The notes under the pieces: generated by a model
Told to the model about the DNA's origin: nothing
The model's database searches: none
The model's input: only the letters and a program-made list of their open reading frames with translations
Shown: positions 1 through 8,763 of the stretch, in pieces
Layout: each line of letters opens with the position of its first letter
Position numbering within the stretch: position 1 is the stretch's first letter
Made by a program: the position numbers and the translations under genes
Origin: a virus
Taxonomy: Duplodnaviria > Caudoviricetes
IMG/VR virus record: IMGVR_UViG_3300047655_000013
Location: 1,077-65,076 of that record
Reading direction: 5' to 3' (one strand)
Length of the DNA: 64,000 nucleotides

Positions 1-246
1 CAAGTCGTTGACCGACTGTTGATTCGAGACGGTCATTCGCTGTGCTTCTACTGCATGCGGGAAATGTCGGAGAACGATCGGACGCTTGAGCATCTGGTCG
101 ACCTGAAGTATCAGGGTCCGGACAATATCCACAACATGGTGCTTGCTCATACGAAGTGCAACAACGAGCTATCGCACCTTACACCAATCGAGAAAATTCG
201 CATTCACGATCGGGCGATTCTCACTGTCGGAAAAGATTCCTCTTAG
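1..246 (+). CDS. HNH endonuclease (5' end cut by window edge)
   Basis: Frame open from base 1; CFYC...TLEH...[13 protein letters not shown] signature. Confidence 0.8.
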   Translation, partial: QVVDRLLIRDGHSLCFYCMREMSENDRTLEHLVDLKYQGPDNIHNMVLAHTKCNNELSHLTPIEKIRIHDRAILTVGKDSS

Positions 247-254
247 GAGGCGAA

Positions 255-359
255 ATGTCTATCAACCCAACTTTGCTTTGGTCAGTGGTGATCGGCTGGA
301 GCGCTTTATCGTTACTGGCGCTGGCTTTCAACTTCGGCGCGCATGGGAGGAAGAAGTGA
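255..359 (+). CDS. small membrane protein (34 aa)
   Basis: AGGAGG RBS; [25 protein letters not shown] hydrophobic helix; stop overlaps next start. Confidence 0.6.
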   Translation: MSINPTLLWSVVIGWSALSLLALAFNFGAHGRKK

Positions 360-610
360 GCGAAATTCGTCAAGGAAGCATCGAGGAGCGCGTGAAAAAG
401 GAAGTCGCGTTCCACGCCGGCCAAACGGCTGAGTCGATCAGGAGCGAGGATTCTTTCCTTGCCGATCTGGAGTTCGACTCGCTGGATGCAGTCGAATGCC
501 TCATGTCGATCGAGGACGAATTCGGAATGGAAATTCCGGATGGAGACGCCGAGAAGATCGTCACTGTTCAGGATGCGATTGATTACGTGACGGCGAACGT
601 CAAGGCGTGA
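356..610 (+). CDS. acpP: acyl carrier protein
   Basis: GTG start after GGAGG; acidic 84 aa with [37 protein letters not shown], the ACP signature with the phosphopantetheine Ser. Confidence 0.92.
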   Translation: MSEIRQGSIEERVKKEVAFHAGQTAESIRSEDSFLADLEFDSLDAVECLMSIEDEFGMEIPDGDAEKIVTVQDAIDYVTANVKA

Positions 611-625
611 AATTTAAAGCGACGG

Positions 626-777
626 CCGCTTTCAGTTTCTATAAGCCGCTAGCGGGAAGAGCCTGCCGCTTGGTCTCCGTTATCGGACCGCCCTGATGAA
701 CGGTGATTGAGCCTGCACGTATTGGGACGTACCGGGAACGCCGCCCCGGCAGTCATCGTCCATCAGGGTGAAAGCGG
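626..777 (+). ncRNA. candidate structured RNA in intergenic region
   Basis: CCGCTTTCA (626-634) pairs with TGAAAGCGG (769-777); 691-709 pairs with 750-768 (2 G-U, 1 mismatch). Confidence 0.4.
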
Positions 778-858
778 ATGCGCGCGGAAGGCGGTACGAG
801 TAAGCGCGACGTAGCGAAGTAACTCTGCAAAACGGATAGTTGTCCTCTGGAGATAGCC

Positions 859-1086
859 ATGGGCAAATTTCACAATGCCGAAGTGTTTCGGCAATTCAAG
901 CCGCTCGACACAGCACCCGAGGCATGGGAAGAGCCGGAGCCCGTTGTCCTGACGGACTACGAAGCCGATCAGGAAGCTAGTGACGCCTACTGGACGAAGC
1001 TCGACGCAGCCCCTCGCCGCGTGACATTGCCCGACGAAATGTATGCGCCCGGCGTCAGACATGTGCGGTTGCCCGGAGATCGTTGA
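859..1086 (+). CDS. hypothetical phage protein
   Basis: GGAG RBS; part of coupled gene run. Confidence 0.6.
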   Translation: MGKFHNAEVFRQFKPLDTAPEAWEEPEPVVLTDYEADQEASDAYWTKLDAAPRRVTLPDEMYAPGVRHVRLPGDR

Positions 1087-1268
1087 TGCGCCGCTACCTC
1101 TTCCACCGCCTCGCCGGCCGGATCGTTCGTCGCGTGATTGGTATCCAGCGCGAGCCTGTCCGGCAATTGACCGAGGCCGATTATCGCGCAGTTGATCACA
1201 TGTTCGCCGCCCTTTCTGCATCTCTGGCTGCAATAGCGGTCGCCATTGTCTTGAGACTCTTACATTGA
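1086..1268 (+). CDS. hypothetical protein with C-terminal hydrophobic helix
   Basis: TGATG coupling with upstream gene. Confidence 0.55.
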   Translation: MRRYLFHRLAGRIVRRVIGIQREPVRQLTEADYRAVDHMFAALSASLAAIAVAIVLRLLH

Positions 1269-1276
1269 GGTGTGAC

Positions 1277-1501
1277 ATGAACCTACACATGGTTGACTTA
1301 CGCACGATTCAGACGACCGCGCGCATCACCCAGGCCGAGCGCATGGAAGCGCAGATGCGCCACACGGTGGCCCGCAACGACGCCGAACGCAAACGCGCGA
1401 AAGAGTACAACGCGCATCGCGGACTCACGCCGATGGCGATTGGTCAGCACTATCTGCCCGCAAGCGTGGCTCGCGCTTACCTGCATGTGAAGGTGGCGTG
1501 A
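1277..1501 (+). CDS. hypothetical phage protein
   Basis: GAGGTG RBS; coupled to next gene. Confidence 0.55.
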   Translation: MNLHMVDLRTIQTTARITQAERMEAQMRHTVARNDAERKRAKEYNAHRGLTPMAIGQHYLPASVARAYLHVKVA

Positions 1502-1848
1502 TGAGCATCCTTCAAAAAGTCCCTGTCACCCGTTGCGAAGATGGCTATTGGAGCCATCCCGACCTCATCCACTTCTGGCACGTTGAAATGAACGATGCAG
1601 AGCATTGCACAAAAGAGCAATGGGCCGATCTGGAGCGCCGCGCAGGCATCAAGACGCAGATCATCTATCTCGAAAGTGAATCGTTGGAGCATCCCGCATA
1701 CGTTTCCTATTTCGATAACGGCAACACGGACATTTCGGAATGGGACCCTTCGCCACCGCCGGACTGGTGGCTCATTGACATATGTGACAACGAAGACGGG
1801 CCATTCGCAGTTTGGGCGACGCATACGAACGACGCAGAGGCATCGTGA
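1501..1848 (+). CDS. hypothetical acidic phage protein
   Basis: Coupled ORF; DGYWSHP...EDGP motifs typical of a phage hypothetical family. Confidence 0.7.
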   Translation: MSILQKVPVTRCEDGYWSHPDLIHFWHVEMNDAEHCTKEQWADLERRAGIKTQIIYLESESLEHPAYVSYFDNGNTDISEWDPSPPPDWWLIDICDNEDGPFAVWATHTNDAEAS

Positions 1849-2372
1849 GTCCCACCCCCTATCAAATCAGCCTCCTGCATCACACTCTGGGCCTGAGCGA
1901 GCAGCGCCGCGAATCGTATCGGAATCACTTCGTGGCCGGTCACGGGCATAGCGACATGCGCCATCTTGAAGCGCTTGAACAAGCCGGATTCATGGAACGC
2001 CGGGCCACGCCGAAGTTTCTCGACACTGGCGACATTGTGTTCGCGGTCACCGATGCAGGTCTCGAGGTCGCCGTTCGGGCGTTGCCGGAACCAGTAAAGC
2101 TCGCGAAGGCTCAATCACGTTATGAGCAGTATTGCGATGTCAGCGAATGCTATGACTCGTTCGGCGCGTTCCTTGGCATTCCCGAGGTCAACTTCGAGGA
2201 GAGGAACAACAGCGGCTATCCAGACTATAGGCGGGTTAGGGAATACCGCATGTATCGCGGTAGCCGATGGGGGAGCTTCAGCGCCGAGATCAAGGGCGAA
2301 TGGGCGCCAACCAAAAAGGAAGCCAAGGCTAGCTATAAGGCTGTGCTGAAGGCTAAACGGGAGTCGTCATGA
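1845..2372 (+). CDS. hypothetical phage protein
   Basis: GTGA overlap; LLHHTLG...YRNHFVAG motif. Confidence 0.7.
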   Translation: MSPTPYQISLLHHTLGLSEQRRESYRNHFVAGHGHSDMRHLEALEQAGFMERRATPKFLDTGDIVFAVTDAGLEVAVRALPEPVKLAKAQSRYEQYCDVSECYDSFGAFLGIPEVNFEERNNSGYPDYRRVREYRMYRGSRWGSFSAEIKGEWAPTKKEAKASYKAVLKAKRESS

Positions 2373-2521
2373 TCCGAAAACTCGACCGCCTCTACCAACG
2401 CCATCCCCGCCTGACATTTGCCGGAATGGTTCTCCTTGCAGTACTAACACTTTACGCCGCCGACAGGGCTGATCGGGATAACCGGGTGCTGTGGGCGGCT
2501 ACTCAAAGAGGTTCGACATGA
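2369..2521 (+). CDS. small membrane protein (50 aa, not in ORF track)
   Basis: ATGA overlaps at both ends; MIRKLDRLYQRHPRLTFAGMVLLAVLTLY. Confidence 0.55.
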   Translation: MIRKLDRLYQRHPRLTFAGMVLLAVLTLYAADRADRDNRVLWAATQRGST

Positions 2522-3720
2522 GCGAAACCAAAGAATTGACTGTCCCGGAGCGCGCAGCGGTTGCCCTTAAATCCAGCGAGCACGAAGAAAACCTCCGTGC
2601 CCTGGTGCTGTCCACGGCCGATATCAAGGTCGTCAACAGTAAGGCCGGTCGCGATCAGGTGCATGCCGCAGGCATGGTGCTTTTGAAGTCCCGCACTGGT
2701 CTGGTTGCAGTCTCGGAATCTGCGGTCGAAGACGCCAAGGCCTTCACCAAAGCCGTGAAGGCAGAAGTGGCACGGCTGCTTGAAATTTCCGAAGCCGAAG
2801 AAAAGCGTCTGTTTGCTTTGCGCGACGCTTGGGACGCTGAGGTCGCAGCCGAAAAAGCCGCGAAGCTCGCTGTCGAGAAAGCCCGAGTCGACCTGATCCG
2901 CAGGATGATCGATGAGATCAAGACCTGTCCCGCCGAATGCATCGGCCGGTCAGCCGTCGAGATTCAAGGCGCGATCGACACCATGACGAATCATGAGATC
3001 GCTCTTGAAGAGTTCATGGAATTTGCCGGCGAAGCTCAGATGGCAAAGGTTGCGGCGCTGGCGAAGCTCAACGATGCGCTCGCCTCTCAGGAAGCCCACG
3101 AAGCCGAACAGGCCCGAATCGTCGCCGAGCGTGCCGAACTTGAGCGTCTGCGCGCCGAGCAGGCCGAGCGCGACCGTCTCGCCACCATTGAGCGCCAGCG
3201 CGTCGAAGATGAAGAGCGGATCGCTCGCGCCAAAGCACAAGCTGCAATGCTTGCAGAGCAACAAGCGCACGAAGCACGGTTGCAGGCTGAGCGCGACCGT
3301 GCCGCTGCAGAGTTGTGCGCCCAGCAGGAAGCACACGCAAAGCTGGTCCGCGAACAACAGGCGGAGATAGATCGCCAACAGGCCGAAATCGATGCAGCCC
3401 GAGCCGAACAGGAGCGTAAAGAGCGGGAGGCACGCGAGGCCGTAGAGGCTGCCGAACTCGCCGAGACAGAGCGTGTCGCCGCCGAGCAATCTGCAGCGGC
3501 TCAGGAAGAAGCCGATCGCGTTTTCGCGGAGCAGCAGCGGGTTGAGACGGAGCGTCGCGCAGCGGAAGCGGAGCAACTGCGTCGTGCGCAGATCCAGTTC
3601 GAAACTATCGGCCCGGATGCAGACGAGATCCTGTCTGTGCTTGCCAGCCACTACGACGTAAGCAATGAGGTCGCGCGACACTGGCTTGGGCGGCACGCAT
3701 GGATGGAGAAAGCAGCATGA
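2518..3720 (+). CDS. long coiled-coil protein of the recombination module
   Basis: 400 aa rich in A/E/R/Q; upstream of annealing and exonuclease genes. Confidence 0.75.
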   Translation: MSETKELTVPERAAVALKSSEHEENLRALVLSTADIKVVNSKAGRDQVHAAGMVLLKSRTGLVAVSESAVEDAKAFTKAVKAEVARLLEISEAEEKRLFALRDAWDAEVAAEKAAKLAVEKARVDLIRRMIDEIKTCPAECIGRSAVEIQGAIDTMTNHEIALEEFMEFAGEAQMAKVAALAKLNDALASQEAHEAEQARIVAERAELERLRAEQAERDRLATIERQRVEDEERIARAKAQAAMLAEQQAHEARLQAERDRAAAELCAQQEAHAKLVREQQAEIDRQQAEIDAARAEQERKEREAREAVEAAELAETERVAAEQSAAAQEEADRVFAEQQRVETERRAAEAEQLRRAQIQFETIGPDADEILSVLASHYDVSNEVARHWLGRHAWMEKAA

Positions 3721-4181
3721 GCAATCCGACTACACCGGAAGCGCGAGCGAGAAAGTCTGAATGGCAACGCGAGAGTCGTCGCAAATTTGCGGAGGAGCGC
3801 GGGTATTCCACGACTGCCAATTACGGCGCAGGCGGACATCGCGAAGAAGTCCTGGAGCGCGACGGTTATGAGTGCGTTAAGTGCGGCATGACAGACGCGG
3901 AGCACAAGGAAAGGTGGGATCGCTCGATCACGATTGATCACAAAAACAAGGATCGCGGCGACAACTCCATGGAAAATCTTCAGACGCTCTGCCTGACGTG
4001 CCACGGAAACAAGGATTTGATACCTCGCTTGCGGGCGCAGCGCGTCGCACCGTTCAAAGACCAGATTCTCGCCATGAGAGCGGCCGGCAGAACCTATCAA
4101 CAAATTGCCGATGAACTCGGCTTTAGCGTCGCAACCATCTGGAAGTGGTGCGGCTCATGGGAGAGCGCAAGCCATGAATGA
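3717..4181 (+). CDS. free-standing HNH endonuclease with C-terminal HTH
   Basis: RDGYECVKC...TIDH...NLQTLCLTCH; TYQQIADELGFSVATIWKW. Confidence 0.88.
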   Translation: MSNPTTPEARARKSEWQRESRRKFAEERGYSTTANYGAGGHREEVLERDGYECVKCGMTDAEHKERWDRSITIDHKNKDRGDNSMENLQTLCLTCHGNKDLIPRLRAQRVAPFKDQILAMRAAGRTYQQIADELGFSVATIWKWCGSWESASHE

Positions 4182-5109
4182 AATAATCGAAATGCCCCGG
4201 CAGCAGGCGGCTCTCGTCAATGCTGGCCGAATGTCCGCAATGGAGGTTGTGGCGCATACCGCAGCCGTCCAGGAGGTGATGCGCGCGGTAATGAAGCCAG
4301 ACGTGCATTACGGAAAAATCCCCGGCACACCGAAGCCTGCGCTTTACAAAGCGGGCGCGGAAGTCCTATGCATGTCATTCCGCATTGCCGACGAGTACGA
4401 GGTAGATGACCTGTCTACACCAGACATGATCCGTTACCGAGTGACATGTGTCGGCAAACACCAGACGAGCGATACCAAGCTTGGGTCGGGAATGGGGGAA
4501 GCCTCGACCGGCGAGGAGAAATACAAATGGCGCGGCGCAGTTTGCGATGAGGAATTCGAGATCACGCCAGCTACGCATCGCCGCATCAAGTTCGGCAAGA
4601 AGCAGGGCGGCGGGTTCTACAAGGCAAATCAGGTTCGCACCGAACCGTCTGACCTCGCCAACACGGTCCTCAAGATGGCCTGCAAGCGGGCAAAGATGGC
4701 GATGGTCCTCAACGTCACCGCAGCGTCCGATATTTTTTCGCAAGATTTGGACGAGTTGGACGAAACACTTCGCGATCACCTCGCAGGTCAGGATGGCGGC
4801 GGTCAACCCGTGTTGAGTACGCTGGGCGTAAAACTTGTCGCAGAGGCGAACGCCATCACAACCCGCGAACAGTTCGAAGCGCTCTGGAAACGAGGCGTCC
4901 AGGAAATCAATGCCGCCAAAGACGCCACCGCGTCCGATGCGTTCAAGGCTGCAATGGAGGCAAAGAGCAAGCTGCTTCCAGCCAAAGCAGCAGAACAGGC
5001 CAAGGACACCGAATCGCAGCGCGAACCGGGCTCTGACGAAGCCGAGATGGAGGCCGATTTCCAGCGTCAGGTGGCGCGCGAACGGGAGAGTCAAAGTGCA
5101 AATAATTGA
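4174..5109 (+). CDS. putative single-strand annealing (recombination) protein
   Basis: HYGKIPGTPKPALYKAGAE...NTVLKMACKRA motif; directly upstream of YqaJ exonuclease. Confidence 0.6.
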   Translation: MNEIIEMPRQQAALVNAGRMSAMEVVAHTAAVQEVMRAVMKPDVHYGKIPGTPKPALYKAGAEVLCMSFRIADEYEVDDLSTPDMIRYRVTCVGKHQTSDTKLGSGMGEASTGEEKYKWRGAVCDEEFEITPATHRRIKFGKKQGGGFYKANQVRTEPSDLANTVLKMACKRAKMAMVLNVTAASDIFSQDLDELDETLRDHLAGQDGGGQPVLSTLGVKLVAEANAITTREQFEALWKRGVQEINAAKDATASDAFKAAMEAKSKLLPAKAAEQAKDTESQREPGSDEAEMEADFQRQVARERESQSANN

Positions 5110-5863
5110 GTGTCCGCAAGGATCAGAGTCGTGGCATCAGGCCAGGGCGGGCGTAATAACTGCCAGCATGTTCTCCACGATCCGCAAAAAGGTAGGCGAG
5201 CTCGACGAACGGCAAAAATACTTTGTCGCACTGCGCATCGCGGGAACGCCCGAAAAAGCCGCTGCAGAGGCCGCTGGCTACAAAACTTTGCCGAAGTCCG
5301 ACATCATCACTCGCGCACTAAATGGCGAGAAGATCGGTGACTGGTCCGATGCAGCAAAAGATTACGCCTTCAGATTGGCGATCGAGCGCATCAGCGGGAA
5401 GCCTCTCGACGAAGGCTTCGAAACGTGGAGCATGAAGCGCGGCCATGATCTCGAGCCAGAGGCGAGGATGGAACACGAAGCCTTGACGGGGTTGTTCGTT
5501 AAACGCGCCGGGTTCGTAAAAACCGACGATGGAATTTTCGGCGCAAGCGCTGATGGCCTGATCGACCCTAAGGGCGGCAGCGAATACAAGTGCTTCATCG
5601 CGCCTGACAAGCTTCGCCCGATTGTGCTTGAGCACGATGTCAGCGAAGTAAAAGATCAAGCCCTCGGGTGTATGTGGCTATGTGGTCGCGACTGGTGGCA
5701 TGTGGGACTGTATTGTCCCGCGCTCGCGCCGGCCAACAAGCAATTCACGATGGTGGAAGTCAAGCGTGACGATGATTTCATCGAAAAGATGGAACAGGAT
5801 CTTTGGCAGTTCGCGCTATTCGTCGACCAATACGAAGCCGCTCTGCGCAAACAAGCGGCCTAA
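5096..5863 (+). CDS. YqaJ/lambda-exonuclease family recombination nuclease
   Basis: QGSESWHQARAGVITAS, RGHDLEPEAR, GASADGL, EYKC motifs. Confidence 0.9.
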   Translation: MQIIECPQGSESWHQARAGVITASMFSTIRKKVGELDERQKYFVALRIAGTPEKAAAEAAGYKTLPKSDIITRALNGEKIGDWSDAAKDYAFRLAIERISGKPLDEGFETWSMKRGHDLEPEARMEHEALTGLFVKRAGFVKTDDGIFGASADGLIDPKGGSEYKCFIAPDKLRPIVLEHDVSEVKDQALGCMWLCGRDWWHVGLYCPALAPANKQFTMVEVKRDDDFIEKMEQDLWQFALFVDQYEAALRKQAA

Positions 5864-6045
5864 CCAAACCCCCACCCCTCCCGACCGGAATAGGCGACTA
5901 CGAGTCGCAGTCTCTCCAAATGGGAAGAGGGTGGGGGTCTAACGATCAAGTAACCCTCGGACCGCGCTCCCCAAGGGCGCGGCGTTTGCAAGGGGCGCAG
6001 TCCCGGCCCCGCTTTTTCAAATCCGACTTTTTGGAGTTCATCCAT

Positions 6046-6636
6046 ATGAGCAACGATCAGACCTTATCGCGCCGTTTCGGCGCCGCAGAGGTAAAGGTGC
6101 CGGCCGACGAACTGTTTTCGGCCTGGTTCAAACAGCAGCTTGGCATGACGGTCAACGTCGGTCGTGATGTGCCTTCGATCGGCGCGGTGTGGCCGGGCGA
6201 AGGTGGTGTGAACGGTGGCTTGGGCCGCAAGGAAGATGGCACACCCGAGTGGCTGATCGTGCCGCCGATCAAGGTCGGCTATTTCAAGGAAGTCACCTAC
6301 GGCGGCTACGGCAAAGATGTGCCGGGTGCAGCGAGTTGGTACGACGGCCGCGCGAACACGGCCGCATTGTTGGCGGCCGGGGATGCCTACCAGGCTGCCC
6401 GGAAATGCTCCGACCTGTCGCACGAAGGGCACGCCGATTACTTCCTGCCGGCGAAGCTGCAACTGGCGCAGGTCTACGCCAGCCTGCATGGGGTCATCCC
6501 GAAGGAGTGGGTGCTGTCGTCTACGCAGTACTCGGCCAACCACGCCTGGAGCCAGCACTTCTACAGTGGCGACACCACCTTCTGGGACGAGGACGACAAA
6601 GCCGGCGCGCTCGCCGTCCGCAGTATTAGTTTTTAA
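6046..6636 (+). CDS. DUF1566/CLec-like protein, probable DGR target
   Basis: DGRANT, GHADYFLPA, SSTQYSANHAW.Q.F..G...AVR; C-terminal ~6508-6623 has VR-like codon pattern. Confidence 0.85.
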   Translation: MSNDQTLSRRFGAAEVKVPADELFSAWFKQQLGMTVNVGRDVPSIGAVWPGEGGVNGGLGRKEDGTPEWLIVPPIKVGYFKEVTYGGYGKDVPGAASWYDGRANTAALLAAGDAYQAARKCSDLSHEGHADYFLPAKLQLAQVYASLHGVIPKEWVLSSTQYSANHAWSQHFYSGDTTFWDEDDKAGALAVRSISF

Positions 6637-6688
6637 TTCTTCAATCCTTTAACACCATGGCAATCCGCGCAGATGCACGCACTGTCGA

Positions 6689-6874
6689 TCACTCATCGTC
6701 AGATGGCGGGGACTCTTTAGGTGCCTTAGCACGCTGTATGAGTTGGCGTAGCCAGCCGATGCCGTACGCATCCACCTTGGCCCACTGTGCGGCGGTAAGC
6801 CTGATAGAGCGCTGTTCAAGGCGCTCTTCAGGAGGTGTTGGGGGGCGGCCCCGTGATCGTTTGGTCTGTTCCAT
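6689..6874 (-). CDS. small DNA-binding protein (RGRP motif, ribbon-helix-helix-like)
   Basis: MEQTKRSRGRPP...RSIRLTAAQWAKVDAYG..WLRQLI; divergent from HNH across an AT-rich spacer. Confidence 0.6.
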   Translation of the reverse strand: MEQTKRSRGRPPTPPEERLEQRSIRLTAAQWAKVDAYGIGWLRQLIQRAKAPKESPPSDDE

Positions 6875-6971
6875 GTGCGCATTGTATCGCATTTGTTGTG
6901 ACACAAAAATACCTTGCTCTTCAGTATTTGTTGAATCACAATAAATGCATCACCAAACAAGGATACCGACC

Positions 6972-7445
6972 ATGGCATTTAACAAACTCTCGCTGGAACA
7001 AAGGCTTCTGAACAAGGTGGAGCAGGTTGGGGCATGTCTTCTATGGATCGGTCAGAAGGACAAGAAGGGGTACGGGCGAATCAGTGTTGGCGGGAAGGTG
7101 CGACGCGCGCATATCGTGCACTTCGAGCTTCACAATGGCCCAGTGCCGGAGGGGAAGATTTTGATGCACTCATGCGATACCCTGGCATGCATCCACCTCG
7201 GGCACCTCACGCCGGGAACGCAACTGGAGAACGTGCACGACATGCTGGCAAAGGGTCGCGCGAACAAGTGCAGGGGCGAGAAGGCAGTCCACGCGAAATT
7301 GACCGAGGAGCAGGTATTGGAGATTCGACGCCTCTATGAACCGGGTAAGTATGGCCGTGGATCACATGCGTTGGCGAAGCAGTTTGGAGTTTCACAGGCA
7401 TCTATCCATTCAATCTTGACAGGCGAGTCATGGAAGCACGTCTAA
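6972..7445 (+). CDS. HNH homing endonuclease with C-terminal HTH
   Basis: CLLWIG...GYGRI...AH...MHSCD..C.H..HL..GT..EN..DM; KLTEEQVLEIR; LAKQFGVSQASI. Confidence 0.9.
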   Translation: MAFNKLSLEQRLLNKVEQVGACLLWIGQKDKKGYGRISVGGKVRRAHIVHFELHNGPVPEGKILMHSCDTLACIHLGHLTPGTQLENVHDMLAKGRANKCRGEKAVHAKLTEEQVLEIRRLYEPGKYGRGSHALAKQFGVSQASIHSILTGESWKHV

Positions 7446-7735
7446 ACCCGAAGAAGACGATTCTTCAGCCTGTCGATCGCGGCGTTGACTTTGTCGGCCA
7501 TGTCATCAAACCGTGGCGCCGTTCAACGCGACCACGCACGGTTAATGAGGCATTGCGCCGCACAGCCGCCAGTGCGCCGGCTGATGTGCATCAGCTCGCG
7601 AACAGCTATTTCGGCTTGCTCAGGCAGGCACCGTCCAGCCACCACGACCGCGCGCGGCTCGCGAATGTGGTTCGCGATCGCGGGCATGCCGTCGACCGAG
7701 CGCTGACGAAGACTTTTCGCGGGTCGGTCGGATGA
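7436..7735 (+). pseudogene. C-terminal remnant of a DGR-type reverse transcriptase
   Basis: RLNPKKTILQPVDRGVDFVGHVIKPWRR...ANSYFGLLRQA (RT domains 6-7 and thumb); no YxDD region upstream. Confidence 0.8.
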
Positions 7736-7793
7736 CCGTTCCAGCAACTACCCCCCCCCATACGCCGCGCAGTGGCTGCGCGAAGAGGAAATT

Positions 7794-8375
7794 ATGAACG
7801 TGCTTGTCGGTTGCGAAGAATCGGGCGCAGTACGAGATGCGTTCGCCAAGATCGGCCACAAGGTTCTATCTTGCGACCTGCTGCCGACGCGCACCGCGGG
7901 TCCGCATTATGAAGGCGACATTTTCGACGTGATCGACTACCCGTGGGATTTGGCTATTTTCCATCCTCCCTGCACCCACACGTCTGTCAGTGGCGCGCGT
8001 CACTTCGCAGAAAAGTGGATGGACGGCCGCGGCGCTGCTGGCGTCTCGTTCTTCATGAATCTGGTTCGCCGGTCGACGCATATACCGAAGACGGCCTTCG
8101 AGCAGCCAGTGTCGATCATGAGTTCGCTTTATCGCAAACCGGACCAGGTAATTCAGCCATGGCAGTTCGGTCACGGCGAGACGAAGGCGACGTGTTTATG
8201 GCTGAAAGGCTTGCCGCTGTTGATGCCGACACAGGTCGTCGAAGGTCGCGCCGATCGCATCCACAAGATGGCGCCGGGACCTGAGCGGGCCCGCGAGCGC
8301 TCAAAGACCTACGACGGCATCGCCCGAGCAATGGCAGCGCAATGGGGTGGCGACCTCGTTTCGCAAGCCGCCTAA
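7794..8375 (+). CDS. phage C5-cytosine methyltransferase-like protein
   Basis: VLVGCEESG, SCDL, HPPCT, EQP, QPWQFGHGETKATCLWL, RSKT motifs. Confidence 0.8.
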   Translation: MNVLVGCEESGAVRDAFAKIGHKVLSCDLLPTRTAGPHYEGDIFDVIDYPWDLAIFHPPCTHTSVSGARHFAEKWMDGRGAAGVSFFMNLVRRSTHIPKTAFEQPVSIMSSLYRKPDQVIQPWQFGHGETKATCLWLKGLPLLMPTQVVEGRADRIHKMAPGPERARERSKTYDGIARAMAAQWGGDLVSQAA

Positions 8376-8421
8376 CCCCATCCGCGCAGCGCGCGAAGCA
8401 ATCGAACTATAGGACAACATC

Positions 8422-8763
8422 ATGAGCGATCAACTTGCACTGGAATTCGATGCCCCAAGAATGGTATTTGCAAGACGAAGCGCAGCCGATGAAATTCGTC
8501 GCGTCCTTATGGACGTTTTGCCTGAAGGTGTTCCTCCGTCATTCGGGCGCGTCGTTGCGGCTCGATTTTCAGGCAAGTCTCGCGTCGTCGCCGAACTGGA
8601 AATGGTCGATGGTTTGCGGGCTGAGGTTGAGGCATGGCAATGGTGTCAAGACGCGTGGGCGCACCGCTGGGTGAAGCTGGAAGGCGGGGACCTGTCTTGG
8701 GAGAACGGCGCTTGGGTTCGCATACCAACGGAGCAACCGCAGGCGATGGAGATAACCGCATGA
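8422..8763 (+). CDS. hypothetical protein
   Basis: AGGA RBS; coupled to next gene. Confidence 0.6.
   Translation: MSDQLALEFDAPRMVFARRSAADEIRRVLMDVLPEGVPPSFGRVVAARFSGKSRVVAELEMVDGLRAEVEAWQWCQDAWAHRWVKLEGGDLSWENGAWVRIPTEQPQAMEITA

Noticed and set aside
693-773. CTGATGA...GAAA resembling a hammerhead ribozyme core
   Set aside because: Stem II fails after 2 bp and CTGATG is sequestered in a long hairpin; no matching stem III/NUH found
6657-6944. 95-aa + strand ORF as avd
   Set aside because: Beyond the first codons it is the antisense of the small DNA-binding gene and lacks Avd-like helical character
6046-7735. Active, complete DGR or a group II intron
   Set aside because: No YxDD catalytic region, no avd, no template repeat and no intron domain V seen in the window
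7794-8375. Restriction-modification system
   Set aside because: Methylases have no recognisable cognate restriction endonuclease; orphan anti-restriction methylases are usual in phages
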